Origin: Adineta vaga
Taxonomy: Eukaryota > Animalia > Rotifera
Direction: 5' to 3'
DNA length: 64,000 nt
NCBI GenBank assembly: GCA_021613535.1
Contig: CP075493.1
Span: 13,516,001 to 13,580,000 of the forward strand
Part shown: positions 10,949-25,375 of the stretch, piece after piece
How positions within the stretch are numbered: position 1 is the stretch's first letter
How the letters are laid out: each line of letters starts with the position of its first letter
Notes under the pieces: generated by a model
The model's input: the letters and a program-made list of their open reading frames with translations, nothing else
The model's database searches: none
Told to the model about the DNA's origin: nothing
Program-made: the position numbers and the translations under genes

Positions 10949-11967
10949 CTTTTCTGTTGTTGTAATGAAATATTCACTCTGTTCTTATAAGAATTTAAAC
11001 AGAATAAAATGTATGCGTCAACATCTTTATTGTTATAGTTCTGCAGAAAAGTAAATAATTCACCGAAGGTATTTGGTAAAATAAAAATCTATAAACTTGT
11101 CTTTTAAGAAAATGTTTTGTTTCAACATGCTAGCATTTTCTTCGATTATAAATCAATTTATTCTCAAAATTCAGGGCTCTGACAAAGATGTCATGATGTT
11201 GGAGAGAAATAAACGCTTAGTTTATTGTTGTTTTAAATGCTTAGTGTGATCTTTTGAAAGATAGGATCTTATTGCTGAAAGGATAACGTGAATGAATACT
11301 GGGATGAGATACGTTTGTGTAAAAAAAATCAAACATTTTCAATAAGAGAAAAATAATTATGAAGACACAATTTTTTGATTGTATTAACCAATTTATATGT
11401 TACTGAAGAAATTTAATATACATCGCCGGAGGATGCGAATATAAGAATCTAATCCTTTCTCAGTCTAAATCTCGCATATCATATATATAATATAAAGCGA
11501 TAGCACAAGTACAGCACATTGCATAATTATACTCTTCATTTTTAAGATTAGTACCGTTCCTCTTTGTTATTTCAGGTTTTTTTAACCAAACGCGCACTTA
11601 TTTTTTTTCTGTATTTAGATAAAGATCTCTTTGCTGTGTTAGATGAGCTTAGTACAAGACATTTTATTATCGTTGTATAGACGGTGAGTTTAACATGGAA
11701 TTTGTTTCGGTAGTAATCTAAATAAATGCAATTTCCACAAATAGAAACGCCATCTTCAAAATTTAACTATTCTTTCGACTTTGAATATGGATAGGAAAAT
11801 ATTTGTGAGAACGGATCTGGATTTTATTTCTACTTTTTTCTTTTGCTGATTATTTTTCACCATCTCAAGAAGACAAATGTATTACATTATAGATTGAGTA
11901 ATTTATTTAAGAAAAAACATAAGTAAAAAGATCATAGTTAAATGTATAGCTTCAGTGTCTTATGGAT

Positions 11968-13665
11968 TCAAAATAAATCAGGATCATTGTAGATCCAAGT
12001 TTGTTGTTGTTTGTTGGCTAACTCGCTAACATTTGATCGACCTTGTGGATAAAGCCATTTTTCTAAAGTATTCAATCGTCCCAAATATTCAATAGCATAA
12101 GCAGCTGCTTGAACTGCCTTTTCATATGCAAATGGATTGACATTAGTAATTCGATCACATTGTTGATGATAACATGAATCGTAAGCAACATTTGCTAATC
12201 CAGCATTTCCTATGCCTAATACTGCTGTATATTGATCTCGTTCACTTGCTGATTTGATACCATTTGCTCCAGTATTTACTCCACCAGCAACAATACCTCG
12301 AACTAAAAATGGTACGAAATCACTACCACCTCCAATACCTGATTGAGTCCATGAAAGTTTCTTTTGATCAAACCATTTCTGAAATAATTCCGTGATTCTA
12401 ACGGTTCCTGGTAAAGCTTGTGCAGGTGTTCCAGGTGGTGATACAAAACTATCAAGAATACCAAAATTAAAATTAGAAGAAGCTAACATATCATAATTAA
12501 AATAGACTAAATAATCTTGTAAACGTCCATTTTCAATCGTAGCACTTGACAAAGCAGCTTGTTCAACGTGATAAGTAGAACCAAGAAGACCAAGTTCTTC
12601 TGCTCCCCACCAACAGAATCGAACACGATATTGATATGGCAAGTAATTTGTGGATGATGTTTGTAGAAGATGAGCTAAACCAAGTGCTAATACTAAGTTA
12701 CCAATTGTACCACTTCCTACGCGGTCGATAAGATTAGTAAAAAAAGCTCTACATTGTCTTATAGAAACGCTTACCATTATCATTGATTCCACTTCCATCT
12801 AATACACCATCACTATGTGCACCAACAACAATGGTTTTTGTTTTATCACCTGTTGGTGTATCAGCACAAATATTTCCAATACCTTCTGCATGACTTACAT
12901 TAACTTTCATCAGAACACCTGCATTCATAGTTGTATCTAATGCTGCCTTAACTAATTCCATTCCAAGATTATACGATAGAAAATAACTTGGTATCGTTGA
13001 ATTCATATGACCTCTTATATTTTAATAAGCTTGAAAACGATCTGATGCTGTTCCATCATTATAAATCAATAGACCTTTCACTTGATATTTTTCTGCTAAT
13101 TGAGATTTTTCCGGAAATGTGCAATCACCAGTTTAACTAAAGCAATTGAATCTTTTGCTGATACGCTATTCCAATCAGTATCTCGACAACCAAGATTTGG
13201 AATAGAAACTAATCGAATGAATGAGTCGAAATGAATACTTGGCGAAAATAGAATATGAGTGAAATTCGACAAATAGACATAATTGTCAATCATACCATTG
13301 ATTCGCGATTGTAATTGTGGTGTGCCCTCAACAATACAATTGGGAAGCTGAAAATATTCATGTCGAATAAAAAAATTTGTATTTTGTTTCAACTGTTCAG
13401 TTATATAATCAAGCGTTTCATTGAATCCTTGAGTTCCTATGGCTCTTGTACCATTACTTCGATCAGCAATGACTTGAAGTTGTTCTAAATGTTTCATAAG
13501 ATCATCAAATTTGATCTGTTCAACAAATGAGCAGGATTCATTATTATGAATATTCTTATTTGAATTTAAATAATTAATAATTACACCTATGATAGATGCA
13601 TTAAGAGCAATGGCGATGATAGAAAATAGAATAAATAATCCAGAAAGAATGTAAAATAGTTTCAT
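11968..13665 (-). pseudogene. M28 aminopeptidase with PA domain and N-terminal membrane anchor, disrupted by a frameshift (~13130) and an in-frame TAA (13024-13022)
   Basis: GAHSD, GINDNGSG (split by intron 12774-12717), WWGAEELGLLGS, NYDM, SDF, CYH zinc-site motifs. IALVK is followed by GDCTFPEK only after a 1-nt shift; then QAY*NIRGHM. Confidence 0.75.
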
Positions 13666-14312
13666 TCGAATAAGAGGACTTTGAATGATATCAATATAAA
13701 ATCTTCGTTACAAGTGACAAAAATGTATATTACTTTACATAATTATAAATGTTTCTTATCAAATAAAATTGAAAGAAAAGTCGATTTTATTACTTCACTT
13801 CAAATACAATCGATTTTATTTTCAGCTAGTATTCTTTAAAAGTCCTTTAAGCAAATATTAACTATATGATGAGTCATGCTATTAATAGAGGTATAAGAAA
13901 TTTGTTGATCTAAAATCAAGACTATATGTTTATAGATAATAATCATTTTGATGTTGGTAATTGCATTTAATTAATAAATTCTGTTTAATTTTACTACACT
14001 TCAATTGTCCGTATTCTCCATTTTAGATTTCTAAACGGTTCATAGAATGTTGTGACATCTATCTCAGAATTATGATTTGGTGGTTCCAAGTTCTCATATC
14101 TTACGTTGTTTGGGCTTTTTCCCAGTGCTGATAATTCTGATCTAGTACATATATTGCTGAGTTACCATCATATTTTGAGAGAACTTTAAAGATATCAATG
14201 CAATTTGATTAGGTAAGTTTTAATAAGAAGTTCGTAAAAAGGTTATACTGTGATTATTAATAAAACTTCGTTAAAATTTTTTACCGTTAGTTCTATTGCT
14301 TTGATTTTACAG

Positions 14313-17300
14313 ATGTTTTCGACAAGTTTTCGTTTTGCGTCTTCTTATGACGATTATGGTACATTGAATTCACAAGAAGTAGATGAATCAATTCTAAATC
14401 ATCTATTTCTTCCTCATGGATTATCGTCTTCAGCAAGTGGCGATCATTTAATTCAATCTGACCATCAGAATGAATACAAACTACTTCAGTGTATGTATGA
14501 TTATCTGAAATCTTTGGTTGAAAAAAATGAATTACCAATCTTTTCAATCCTCAAAACCTGTACGGAACGTTGGTCGACCATACAAAATACGAAAAAGTGC
14601 TCTGTTTCACTTTTACAGTCTACTATACAAACATTATCGCCAGGTGATGTATTTCCCCTATATTTTTATGCTCAAAATGCCGCAATTTTGGTTGAAATTG
14701 AAGAAGATTCTCCTTATCAACCGTTGATATCATCATGGCAAGTCTTATTACCAACAGAAACTATCACATCATCACTTGAATCGCATCTTTCTTGTTTTCC
14801 TGTTCCTATGTTTCGCTTGCCTGATCGATGTCAACTATTATCCACTGTACATTGTGAATTGCTTGTGGAATTTATGAATAATACAATTGAACATTCAAAA
14901 TCTCAGAAAGCATCGTACACATTCGATGAAACTCGAGAAGTACCTATATCACATTATGTATGTCGATGGTGGACCACACATTTTCAAGGTGTTCAAATCG
15001 ATAATCAAACAAATACATCCGTTTCATTTAAGAAGAAACATCGTGATCAAATTCGATATAAAAATTCAGCATATCCTTTTCGACGATCAGGTTTATGGAT
15101 GACTATGAAAGTTGTCTTTCAAAAGATTCTAACAAAAAGTTTCGGAAAGTTAGGTACTGTAGTTTATAAATTACTTATTACTGGTTTCTTAACTTATTTC
15201 CTCTATACGAAACAATAACAAGTGAAAACTTGGATATCAACTGATCTTCTTATACATTGTCTTCGAAAGATCGCACGACGATTGAACAAAATTGATGTTT
15301 TGTTATCAGCGATTGACTCGAGCGATTTAAATCCATGGATACAAAATTTAAAAGAAGAAATAAAACAGAAAATTGATAGTATGACTCCGAATTTGGATTG
15401 GCAAAAATCTATCGAGAAAGGTGAAAAAGAAAATATGCTAAAAGTTCAACTGGATCCTAATCCGTTAGAAATCTATCAGCATACATGTCAGAAATTGAAG
15501 GCTTACCTCAAAAAGAATCATTCTAATACTTCGAGCACATATTCATATGATAGATACGATTATAATGATCGATCATCAACTGGTATTAATCATGAAGATG
15601 ATACTTTACCTCGAGTTTCTGATTTAATCAATTACGAGAATGATGTTACAGGTATAGCATTGGCACGTATTGAAATTTGGATACAATTCTGTTTGGAAAA
15701 ATGGATCAATCATTCGTTACTATTAACAAACAAAGACACATGTTTCGAAGATCTACAATCTTTTTACGAAGATTACCAACGTGCCGCTTTAAATTTCTAT
15801 TATTCAAACAATGAATCAACTGATCCAATCGGTTACAGTCGTTTTATTTTAGCATCATTGTCAGTCATAAGATTGATGCATTTAAAACTATGTGAAGATC
15901 CACGATTCGAACGATTGAAACTTCATGCCATTCGAATTCCTAATCTTTTGAATCTATTCGAATTCTTAATCTTACCCAATCGTGATGATATGATTCGAGC
16001 ACGAGAATTATATGATTACTTTTTAGAATTTAGTGAAAAATCATATCCTGATCTTTTAAGTAATATTGATTCATCAAATGCTTTCGGTGTTCATTTTACT
16101 GAAAACTCAGTGGAAATCAACAAAAAATTGCAAGAAATTCAAGAACAAGTTGAACAAGACAAGAAAGATAAAATCGAAGAAATAAACAATGCCAAAGAAA
16201 AATATGAACAACTTATGGAAAAAGTCAATGATCTTAAATGTGAATGTGAACCGCTTGTTTATTATAAAAAATGTAATCGATGTACCATGATAAAAGAAGC
16301 AGATAATATAAAAGTTGCTATATATGAATGTCCAATACCATCCGAACGACAGAGTGCTTTAGCTGTTATGTTTGAATTGCAAATGCCAAAAGAAATTCGA
16401 TGTTATCGAGATATACTTTGGCAATTTATTAATCGTCCCAAACCAAATCCTTCGAATAGTATGCATGAATGGCTAAGCACTCGTCCTCATCAAAGTAAAT
16501 TGAGACAATACTTCAATGGTTCACATAATTGTAAAATAAAGTTAGTATCTCAAACTAAATCAATATCGGAAAGTCATTATTCAGTACCACGACACATTAT
16601 GTCAACATCTTTGGAAGAATTCTTCTATGAGAATAGTTTAAAAATTCAAATATCTCCGAATAAAATAAATGAATTTCAAGATGAATGTCAAACATTGACA
16701 CCTAAACTCTCTGATTCAAATTACAAAAATTTACAATTTTCTATTAATAATACAGGATTTGTACAAAATCAAGTCATCGCTGAACTATCAAAATGTTCAT
16801 TGAAACTGAAATTAGCAGAGTTTATTGAATATGGTTCATTCCGTTCTGGTCATCGTTTACAATGGTGGAATCTTCTGAGTATTCTTGAATTAGATTCATT
16901 ATCTATGGATGAAGAAAGTGTTGTCATACTCATAGCACATGCACTTTTACAATATGGTCCAGTTACAAAAAATCGACAATCATTGATTTGTTCATGGTGC
17001 CCAGAATCACATCAACAATTGTTGGAAGATCATTTTCTCGATGAATTAATGACAAGATTGGATCGTCATTTGAAAGATTGTGAATGTAATTGGCAAAATG
17101 AATTGATATTAGTTATTATAACTATGATTGTAATGAGAATGTTTACGATATGTAATTTAACACGAAAAGAACAGATGGCAAATTTAGTTTTAAAATGTCG
17201 TAAAACAGGTGAAAAATGGATTCAACTTATCTCGGAAACTATTCAAACTTCATCTTCATCAGATTCCAATATGATGAATGGTTTACGTGATAAAATCATT

Positions 17301-20300
17301 GTTATTGGTGCGACGCATCTCCTAACATATTCAATATATACAGATAGTAGTAATAAGTTAGTACTCACAAATAAAGATGTTATTTCTCTATTGATTATAG
17401 CAACAACTATGCATGACAATAGTATTTTAAACAAGAAAACAGTTCATACAAGTATATTTATGAGAAATTTAATGCGTTATAGTGAATATGTATTGTTATC
17501 AATTCATCCAATCATTAGTAAACTACTTGAAGAAAGTTCTTATGAAAGTTTAAATGAATTTTGTGCTATTCATTGGGCAGTTGTACGAACTAAAGGTGCA
17601 ATGAATGGTAAATGGAAAAAAAGAAATAAAGATATATATGACGGTTGGTATGATGGTGAATATGAATCGAATAAACTATCAATTGATTGTTTACAAGGAA
17701 GATTTTTTGTCAATAAGGTGACCATTGGTTTCTTACCCAATAAAATTACTTCAGATGAACTATTTCGTCGCGTATTTGGTACACATATTTTTGAAGTACA
17801 GGCGTCAGAATCTCAAGACAGTTACTTTTCAAAACATGGACATCATGCTAATGAACAAGTTCACTATGAATTTTCATATAAGGATGAATATTATGGAAAT
17901 CGACGATTATTAGTATATGAACGACACATAACGACAAATGATAAGTTTGAATTGATTCCTTCCACTTGTTTCGAAGCAGAACTACCTGATATTTTCGTTT
18001 CGAACTACAGTCATTGGTGGAATGAAAAGAAAAAGATATTACGATTGCGACCTATTCATTTTCAAGATTTCAATTTTTTGAATGATACGTCCTACATATT
18101 ATCAATCAAAGAAGGAATTATTACAACGTGTAATACTGAAAACAAACAACATTTAATTAATCGGTCATCATCCTTTTTTCAAAATTTATTTCAAAAATAT
18201 TTTATTCGTCTCGACGATGAATCGTACGTTTATATGTTAAGAGAGAAAGATTCTATTCACATTCATCTATCTCGATTAAGCATCGCGTTCAAATATGATT
18301 GTCATAAACATATAATAACTTCTCGAGAATATTCTGACATGTATATCGACGGAGATCAATGTTTTGGAACACTGACAGGTCTGAAATCAGGACTTCTTCT
18401 ATCGCCAATCGCAACAACTACTAACGAAAATAAAAATTATCTCTCCCGAAAATTAATCGTTTCTTTTGGGCAAGTACAGGCAATCAAGAGTTCGTATCAA
18501 AATCATCAAACTGTGACTGTCGAACGAAAATCACTGCCATCATCATTCATCCATCAATATTTTGTTTTTGTTTTGAATGATCGATTACGAATTCTTCAAC
18601 CAACGGACAGTCCAACAGGTTGGCTCTATCTAGCATTACTACATGCTATGACTTCGCATCCATTACCAGATCGATATACAGGAATGACTGGTATGGAACG
18701 TGCATTTCAATTATTATATTCGGCAGGCTGTTGGTCTGATCAACCTTATGATTCAATCACTCGAAGTATTCTTTTTCAAATTGCAACCATTTCACCTAAA
18801 GTCAATTTCTATCCAGAACATATCACTTGTATGGCAAAAATCGATTGGAATGAGAATAGTTTACCGTACTCAATGCAACATTTTGGTTATTATTTAATAG
18901 TGAAAAAATTAGTCGAGACAAGTGAAGAATGGAATTTCATGCATCCATTACTTGTTTCGAATGATGAATTACAAAACCTCTTTCAAAGTAAAAAGTATAA
19001 TGAAAAACTATTGGGTAAACTCTACTGGGACTATCGGGATTTATACAACCCCACAGCACAATTATCAGAACAGATGGAAAAAGAAATTCGTTATACAAAT
19101 TCAACGCAACCATATCAACCGATCTGTGAGAATTCTTCATATTCAACAAACTACACATCTCGTCGTCTTGTAGATCACCTGTATGCTAGTGGAGATGTCA
19201 ATCTAAAAGATAGTAAAGAATTCAGATGTTTTCCTTTATCTCGATGGTTGAAAGATGAATATCAACTGAAACATATTTGGATAGGTTTATTTAAATTTGC
19301 CGAAGAGTTAACAGCGCTTGAAGGTGATGATCGAAAAAATGAGATTGACAGATTTGAAATGTTACTAGATTTTCTACATTACATCTCCGGTAAATGTTCA
19401 AGTGAACCGTTTTATTTACAAATGCTGAAATCTATATTAACAGTACCAACTCTAACAGTAAGATCTGTCCCGTACCCAGCATTTACTGGATATGAAAACA
19501 TTCAAGAAACTTCAGTTCAATCTCATAGAATCTATCTAGGAAAAATGGGTCATTATAAACGGGCGATAGTTTTTCGAGAAATTCAAGATTGCTTCAACAA
19601 AATTACTACTTATGAAAATAAAAATCTACCGGATATGCATCAACTAACTCGTCAAGCGAATAAAATCAACAGATTACTACAATCTTGGCGAGAGAATGCC
19701 AAACTTCGTTTGCTTTTAGACAATATTCAAAATCATTTTCGTTTTATTACAATTGTCCAATTGAACAGCAAATTGTCTGTAAGTCCTCAAAGATTTGAAT
19801 TCGAATCATTTCAACAACATTATCAAGTTCATGTCACTATGATAGATACGCTCATTGATAAAAAATCGATTGAAAACGCACAAACAAAATTTTTGCAGTC
19901 TCATTTGAATTATTTTATTAAACCAACCATGTGTGTTCCAGTCATTACTGAAAAGAAAGCATTCCCAGAGGAAATTTTTCTATCAACTGATTCTCAAGTG
20001 AATCCTCTCAGTGATATTAACAGTTATTTTAAAAAGCATTTAACTGAAAGTTGGAACAAATTTAATTTAACCGAAGAATATCAACAAGAGTTTCCATCAC
20101 TCGACGAAATCAAACAATTTCTTAATTCGTTTCGACATCAATCCATACAATTTTGGGATGAATTAGTAAAATCTATTACAACAGCAAATGATTTGTTGGT
20201 GAAAACGGGTCTAGTCGTACGAATCTTACCAACGACTATGATTTCTATTTTTCAACAAATATGGCTAAATGAAAATAATTCGAATGTCTTACTCTTACAT

Positions 20301-23300
20301 CTCACACATGATCAATGTATACTACTTGGTGGTATAATGGTTAATTGGATTGTAGAACAACAGATTGAAAGAGCATTAAACTTTGCCAATTTAGAAAAGT
20401 GGGAAGATTTTGAAAAAGAAATATTAAATGTACCGCATACTAATTGGATACCATCACAACATGTTCCATGGTTAATATTAGAACTTGAAATGAATATTAC
20501 AATTCGAGAAATACAAGTTCAAACAGCACGTCATATGATACAACCATCGTTGAATGAAAACAATTCTTCCGTACAAAATATTGTTATGCAATTGAATATG
20601 GGTGAAGGCAAAACGTCAGTTATTTTACCTATGTTAGCAGTTAGTTTATGCTCGTTATCTTCGAATTTAGTTCGTATTATTGTGTTGAAAGCATTATTTC
20701 CAATGAACTATCAATCATTACGATATAAATTAGGTGGTTTACTAAATCGACGTGTTATACCATTTTCATGTCGTCGTGACATGAATTTCAGTCATATACA
20801 AACGAATAAAATTTTTGATCGTCTCAAACAAGGAATGCACAATCTTGACATAGTATTAACATCACCCGAAGATATTTTATCTTTTGATCTACTTACAATA
20901 GATAAATGTCGTCGAAAAGAATATGATGTTGGTCGTTCAATGCTATCGATTCAGAGTTGGGTGAAAAAGTATGTTCGTGATGTTTTAGATGAATCTGATG
21001 AAATTCTGCATGTTAAATATCAATTAATTTATTCGATCGGTCGTCAACAACAAGTTGATGGAGGTATGGAACGTTGGAAAACTATTCAATACGTACTGAA
21101 TTTAGTCAAACAACACGCTGCCAACATTGCACAACAACATATGGATGATGTTTTCTACACAGCACCTAAACGGCAAAGTAGCTTCCCAGAATTTCGTCTC
21201 CTAAATCACGAATCATATCCTGAATTATGTCGAAGAATAGCAAATGATTGGATTGATCAAAAAAGTTATCGACAATTAGATCAACAACATATCTTATCAT
21301 TTATATTGAATACAAATTCTTCTCTCGATGATCTGGACAATCAATTTCCTCAAAATACAATTCAGTTATTTTTGATCCTACGTGGTCTTCTATCATCTGA
21401 AGTCTTGTTTGTTGCTTTGAAAAAACGTTATCGTGTTAATTTTGGTATAAATCCAAATACGAAATTCAATCGTTTAATGGCTGTACCATTTCGGGCAAAG
21501 GACGTTGCAGCTGAAAATACAGAATTCGGACATCCAGATGTAGCTATTACTTTAACACTAATTTCTTATTACTATCAAGGTCTAACAGATTCACAAATGT
21601 ATCAATGTTTTAATCGTTTGAATCAAGATGAAAGTGAACCAGAAATGATCTATGATCAATGGATTTCATTAGAAGAGGAAACTGATATTATAGCAAGCAT
21701 AAAGCAATGGAAAAGAATCAATCTAAAAGATTATCAACAACGAACTCAATTACTCTTTCCTAGCTTACGATACAATATGTTAGTGATAAATTATTTTCTC
21801 AATCATTTTGTTTTTCCTCTCGAAGCAAAACAATTTCCTCAGAAATTAGTTGCTTCTGCTTGGGATCTATCGTCATCTATACGCGAGAAATTAATCACTG
21901 GATTTAGTGGTACAAATGATACTCAACTACTATTACCTGTTCATATTTGTCAATGTGATTTATCAGAACTTCAAAAAACGGATGCTATTGTTCTTAACAA
22001 TTTACTTTGTTCGGAAAATGATCATTATCAATATTTACCCATTGCTACGAACTCCAATGAAATTTTGAAACGAATTGTCATGAAAGAACCAATGATTCAA
22101 GTCATTCTCGATGTTGGTGCATTGTTCATAGATGGAACAAATCGTCAAATAGCTGTCAAATGGTTGGACTTATCGGATAAAATGAAAATTGATTATGTTG
22201 TGTATTTTGAATTAGATTCGATATTTGTTTGTAATCGTCAGTATCAACATCATGCTTTTGCGACATCACCTGCTAGTGAACGTCTTGATCGTTGTGTATT
22301 CTATTTAGATGAAATTCATACGAGAGGAACAGATTTTAAATTTCCAAATGATTTTAGAGCTGCTGTCACCTTAGGAAATGGTCTTACTAAGGATCGTTTA
22401 GTCCAAGCATGTATGCGAATGAGAAAATTAGGTAAACATCATTGGTTAAGTTTTTGGAGTTCAAACGAAGTTCACCAACAAATTCGAACAATCAAAAACA
22501 AGGCAATTTTACTGAATAATAAGAAAAATAACGACGAAAGAATTACTTTAACGGATATTCTCCGTTGGGTGTATGAAAATACTCAACAGGCGACTTGGGA
22601 TGGTCTACATCTTTGGGCAACACAAAGTTTAAGTTTTCAACGAAAACTGACTGCTTTTCAACTTATCGATTGGAAACAAGACGGAACATCATATACCAAC
22701 ACATTAATGGACAATATAGCTAAAGGATCGTTGGAAACTGAAGTCTTAGAATTGAAATCTATGTATGGCGTATCGAAAACATTCGAAACAATATCAGATA
22801 TTTATTCAGCTCGTTATGAACATTTCAATATTTTTTCTTCAATGGAAATTCATCAAGCTGTTTCCAAACGTTTACGTGATTATGGTGGTTCGAAAAAACT
22901 TTTGACACAGTTACTCGATGAAGAACAACAACGAGAATTAGAGCGAGAACAAGAATTAGAAGAAGAACGACAACAGAAACGTCCTTCACCGGTTCGTCCT
23001 GCTGAACCTCAATTACATGACGAAATTAAAGCCTTATGTAACGCACGTGATCCTATGCTGAATTTATCAAAATTAACTTCAGTATTTCATCCCATTGCTG
23101 ATGCATTTCTTGGTACTACGTTCTATCGTGAATGTCAACCACGTTGTTGGTCACAAAATCTTTGGGTTAGTGATGAATTCATACGTGTAATACAAACGCA
23201 GGGAGAACCGTTAGATCCTTTTTTGCGTCCATCACGATGGATTCTGATCTATCGGAATGAACATATTATTTTTGTCAGTCCCTTTGAAGCTAATTGGCTT

Positions 23301-23807
23301 ATGGGTCGCTTATATGATCTTTATCGTCAACAACCACTAGGAGAAGTACTCACAACCACTCTACGTCTAATATTACCACGAACTAAACGAGATCAATCAA
23401 TTCTCGTTGATACATCTACTTTAACAATTCCGCCGTCAAACATATCAAATCTTGGAGCTCTTTCTTTCCCAATTCCGATCGAATGGTTAGTGACTATGTT
23501 TATTTTTAATGGTACTCTATACTTTAAGACCACAGATGAACAAAAAGCCTACTGTCAATATCTAGGTATTTGTCCAAAGCCACGTACTGAGATTGAAGAA
23601 GACGCTTTTGAGAAGGGTTGGATCACTTTCGATGGATTCGTAGAAAAATCAGAATATGGCATTCTTTTACAACTGCAATCATGCAATTTCCGTACTAATC
23701 CGTTGGCATTCATTAGAAAATTAGTCGAAAATCGAAACAACACACATCCACCTCTTATATCTCATGTTGGTAGTATTCTTATAAACAATGTGAAACTTCC
23801 TGTCTAA
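14313..23807 (+). CDS. Giant intronless DUF6606-DUF3638-DUF3645 protein with an SF2/SecA-like ATPase core; one in-frame TAA at 15216-15218
   Basis: LNHLFLP N-terminal motif; QLNMGEGKTSVILPML (Walker A), LDESDEIL (Walker B), LMAVPFRAKD..AENTEFGHPDV, GFSGT, HTRGTD, QACMRMRKLG. ORFs 14250-15218 and 15222-23807 share one frame. ATG 14313 follows a ttttacAG acceptor. Confidence 0.8.
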
Positions 23808-24430
23808 TTATTTCGACAATGAACCCGAATGACTTTTCTTTTCTTAAAAATGTATTCGTACCTCATTCATTTTTTTTCTTTTTTATAATGTCCAAAATAA
23901 ACATTTTTTAATTCTTGACATTCAATAATCTAAATGATTCTAAATATATTTTCTTAACGGCTATCGAATCATATCCCTTTCGCTCGGAATCAATCGATAT
24001 AGTAGCATCATAATTACCAGAAATTTAACGATGGCAGGGCTGAGTCATATACAGTCTGATTATTTAAGACAGACAATCCATTACCCTCAATCTAATAGGT
24101 AAATGTAACTTTCAAACTGAAGTATTCTAAGTGACTGTTATTTATTTGACTAAAAGCTATATATAGTTCAATTTCCAGGTGGTGGGACTGAGTTCTCTCT
24201 CCTCCTGGCCACGTCACTACTTCAAAATTGTGAACCCGGTTGTATTACGATTTTTTTCTCCAGAGTAAATGAAGAATCGTCTTTTCCTTCTTGTTATTTT
24301 CGCATAACCGACTTTCATCGAGCTTGTTATTCACATAATTACCATGACTGTTAGTCTTTAATTTGAATCGATAAATATATTTACAAAATATTTTTTTAGA
24401 TTAACTTCTATTATTTAATATTGGTTCGTA

Positions 24431-25375
24431 TCATCTTCGAGGTAATATTCGTTTTAAACCTTTGACTAATGCTTGTCGAAATGATTTCGATGTTAATAGT
24501 GAAAAATAAAATGATTTTACATTGTTAAATGCATAAATTCTATTACTCAAGAGAAAAACTATAGCCAACAAATAGAAACGATCAGCCGTTTGAAATGTAT
24601 CAATATTATACAAAACATAACTTTGTATAATCATTCATTGTAATGACAATAGAGCGGTTACTAATACTTGAGTTATTATCATCACAACAAATTGATTTCG
24701 AAAATTTTGTAGACCAAGTCCTCTTGCTATACCCTATAATACATATAGAATTTTTCAAAAGAATCGTTCAAAAAACTATTTTTTTTAACATACTACTCGT
24801 TGACGACTTTGTCGTATATTTCGATAGGCAAGTATAGAACAAATATAAACATTGCAGTAGGTTGTAATGTACCACTATTAATTAATACATTTAATATACT
24901 ATAAAGAAGGCGCATCAGTACTTAAAAGAGGTGCATAAATTGAACAAATACCATTAATAATAATCATTATAATAATTAATTGTAGAGTTATTTTTTTTTC
25001 ATTAATTCGATAAATCCATGATGTCAGAGAACATGTACAGGCATAACAATCAATAATACTCAATAGTAACAAGTTAATTGATAATTGCGGCAAAAAACTA
25101 TAAAGAAAATAATAAATCTTGCACAAATGAAATGATAAATTTTGCCATAAATATACGACTGAATTTATTTCTTTGAAATAATTTGAGAAAATATTAATTG
25201 TTAAATGAATCATATCGATGAAAGAACTACGCAATGTATAAATGCAAGAAGATTTAGAACGAAGATCACGTTGAAGAAATGTGAAAGTATTTCCAATGAA
25301 TCCAATTAAACCATGTATGAATGAAGTAAGTATTAAACGAGAACTGATCTCTTGTATTAGAATAAAATAGACCAT
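24431..25375 (-). pseudogene. Degenerate rhodopsin-like 7TM receptor
   Basis: GFIGNTFTF..LRS..CIY, LCKI, SIID.Y, and the end SFYFSLLTSKSFRQ match the other receptors in the window. The TM4-TM5 region needs frameshifts and contains stops. Confidence 0.65.

Noticed and set aside
13022-15218. TAA reassigned to Gln (ciliate-type code), suggested by two in-frame TAAs
   Set aside because: Many genes in the window end in TAA at the expected position, and long ORFs contain no other in-frame TAA or TAG.
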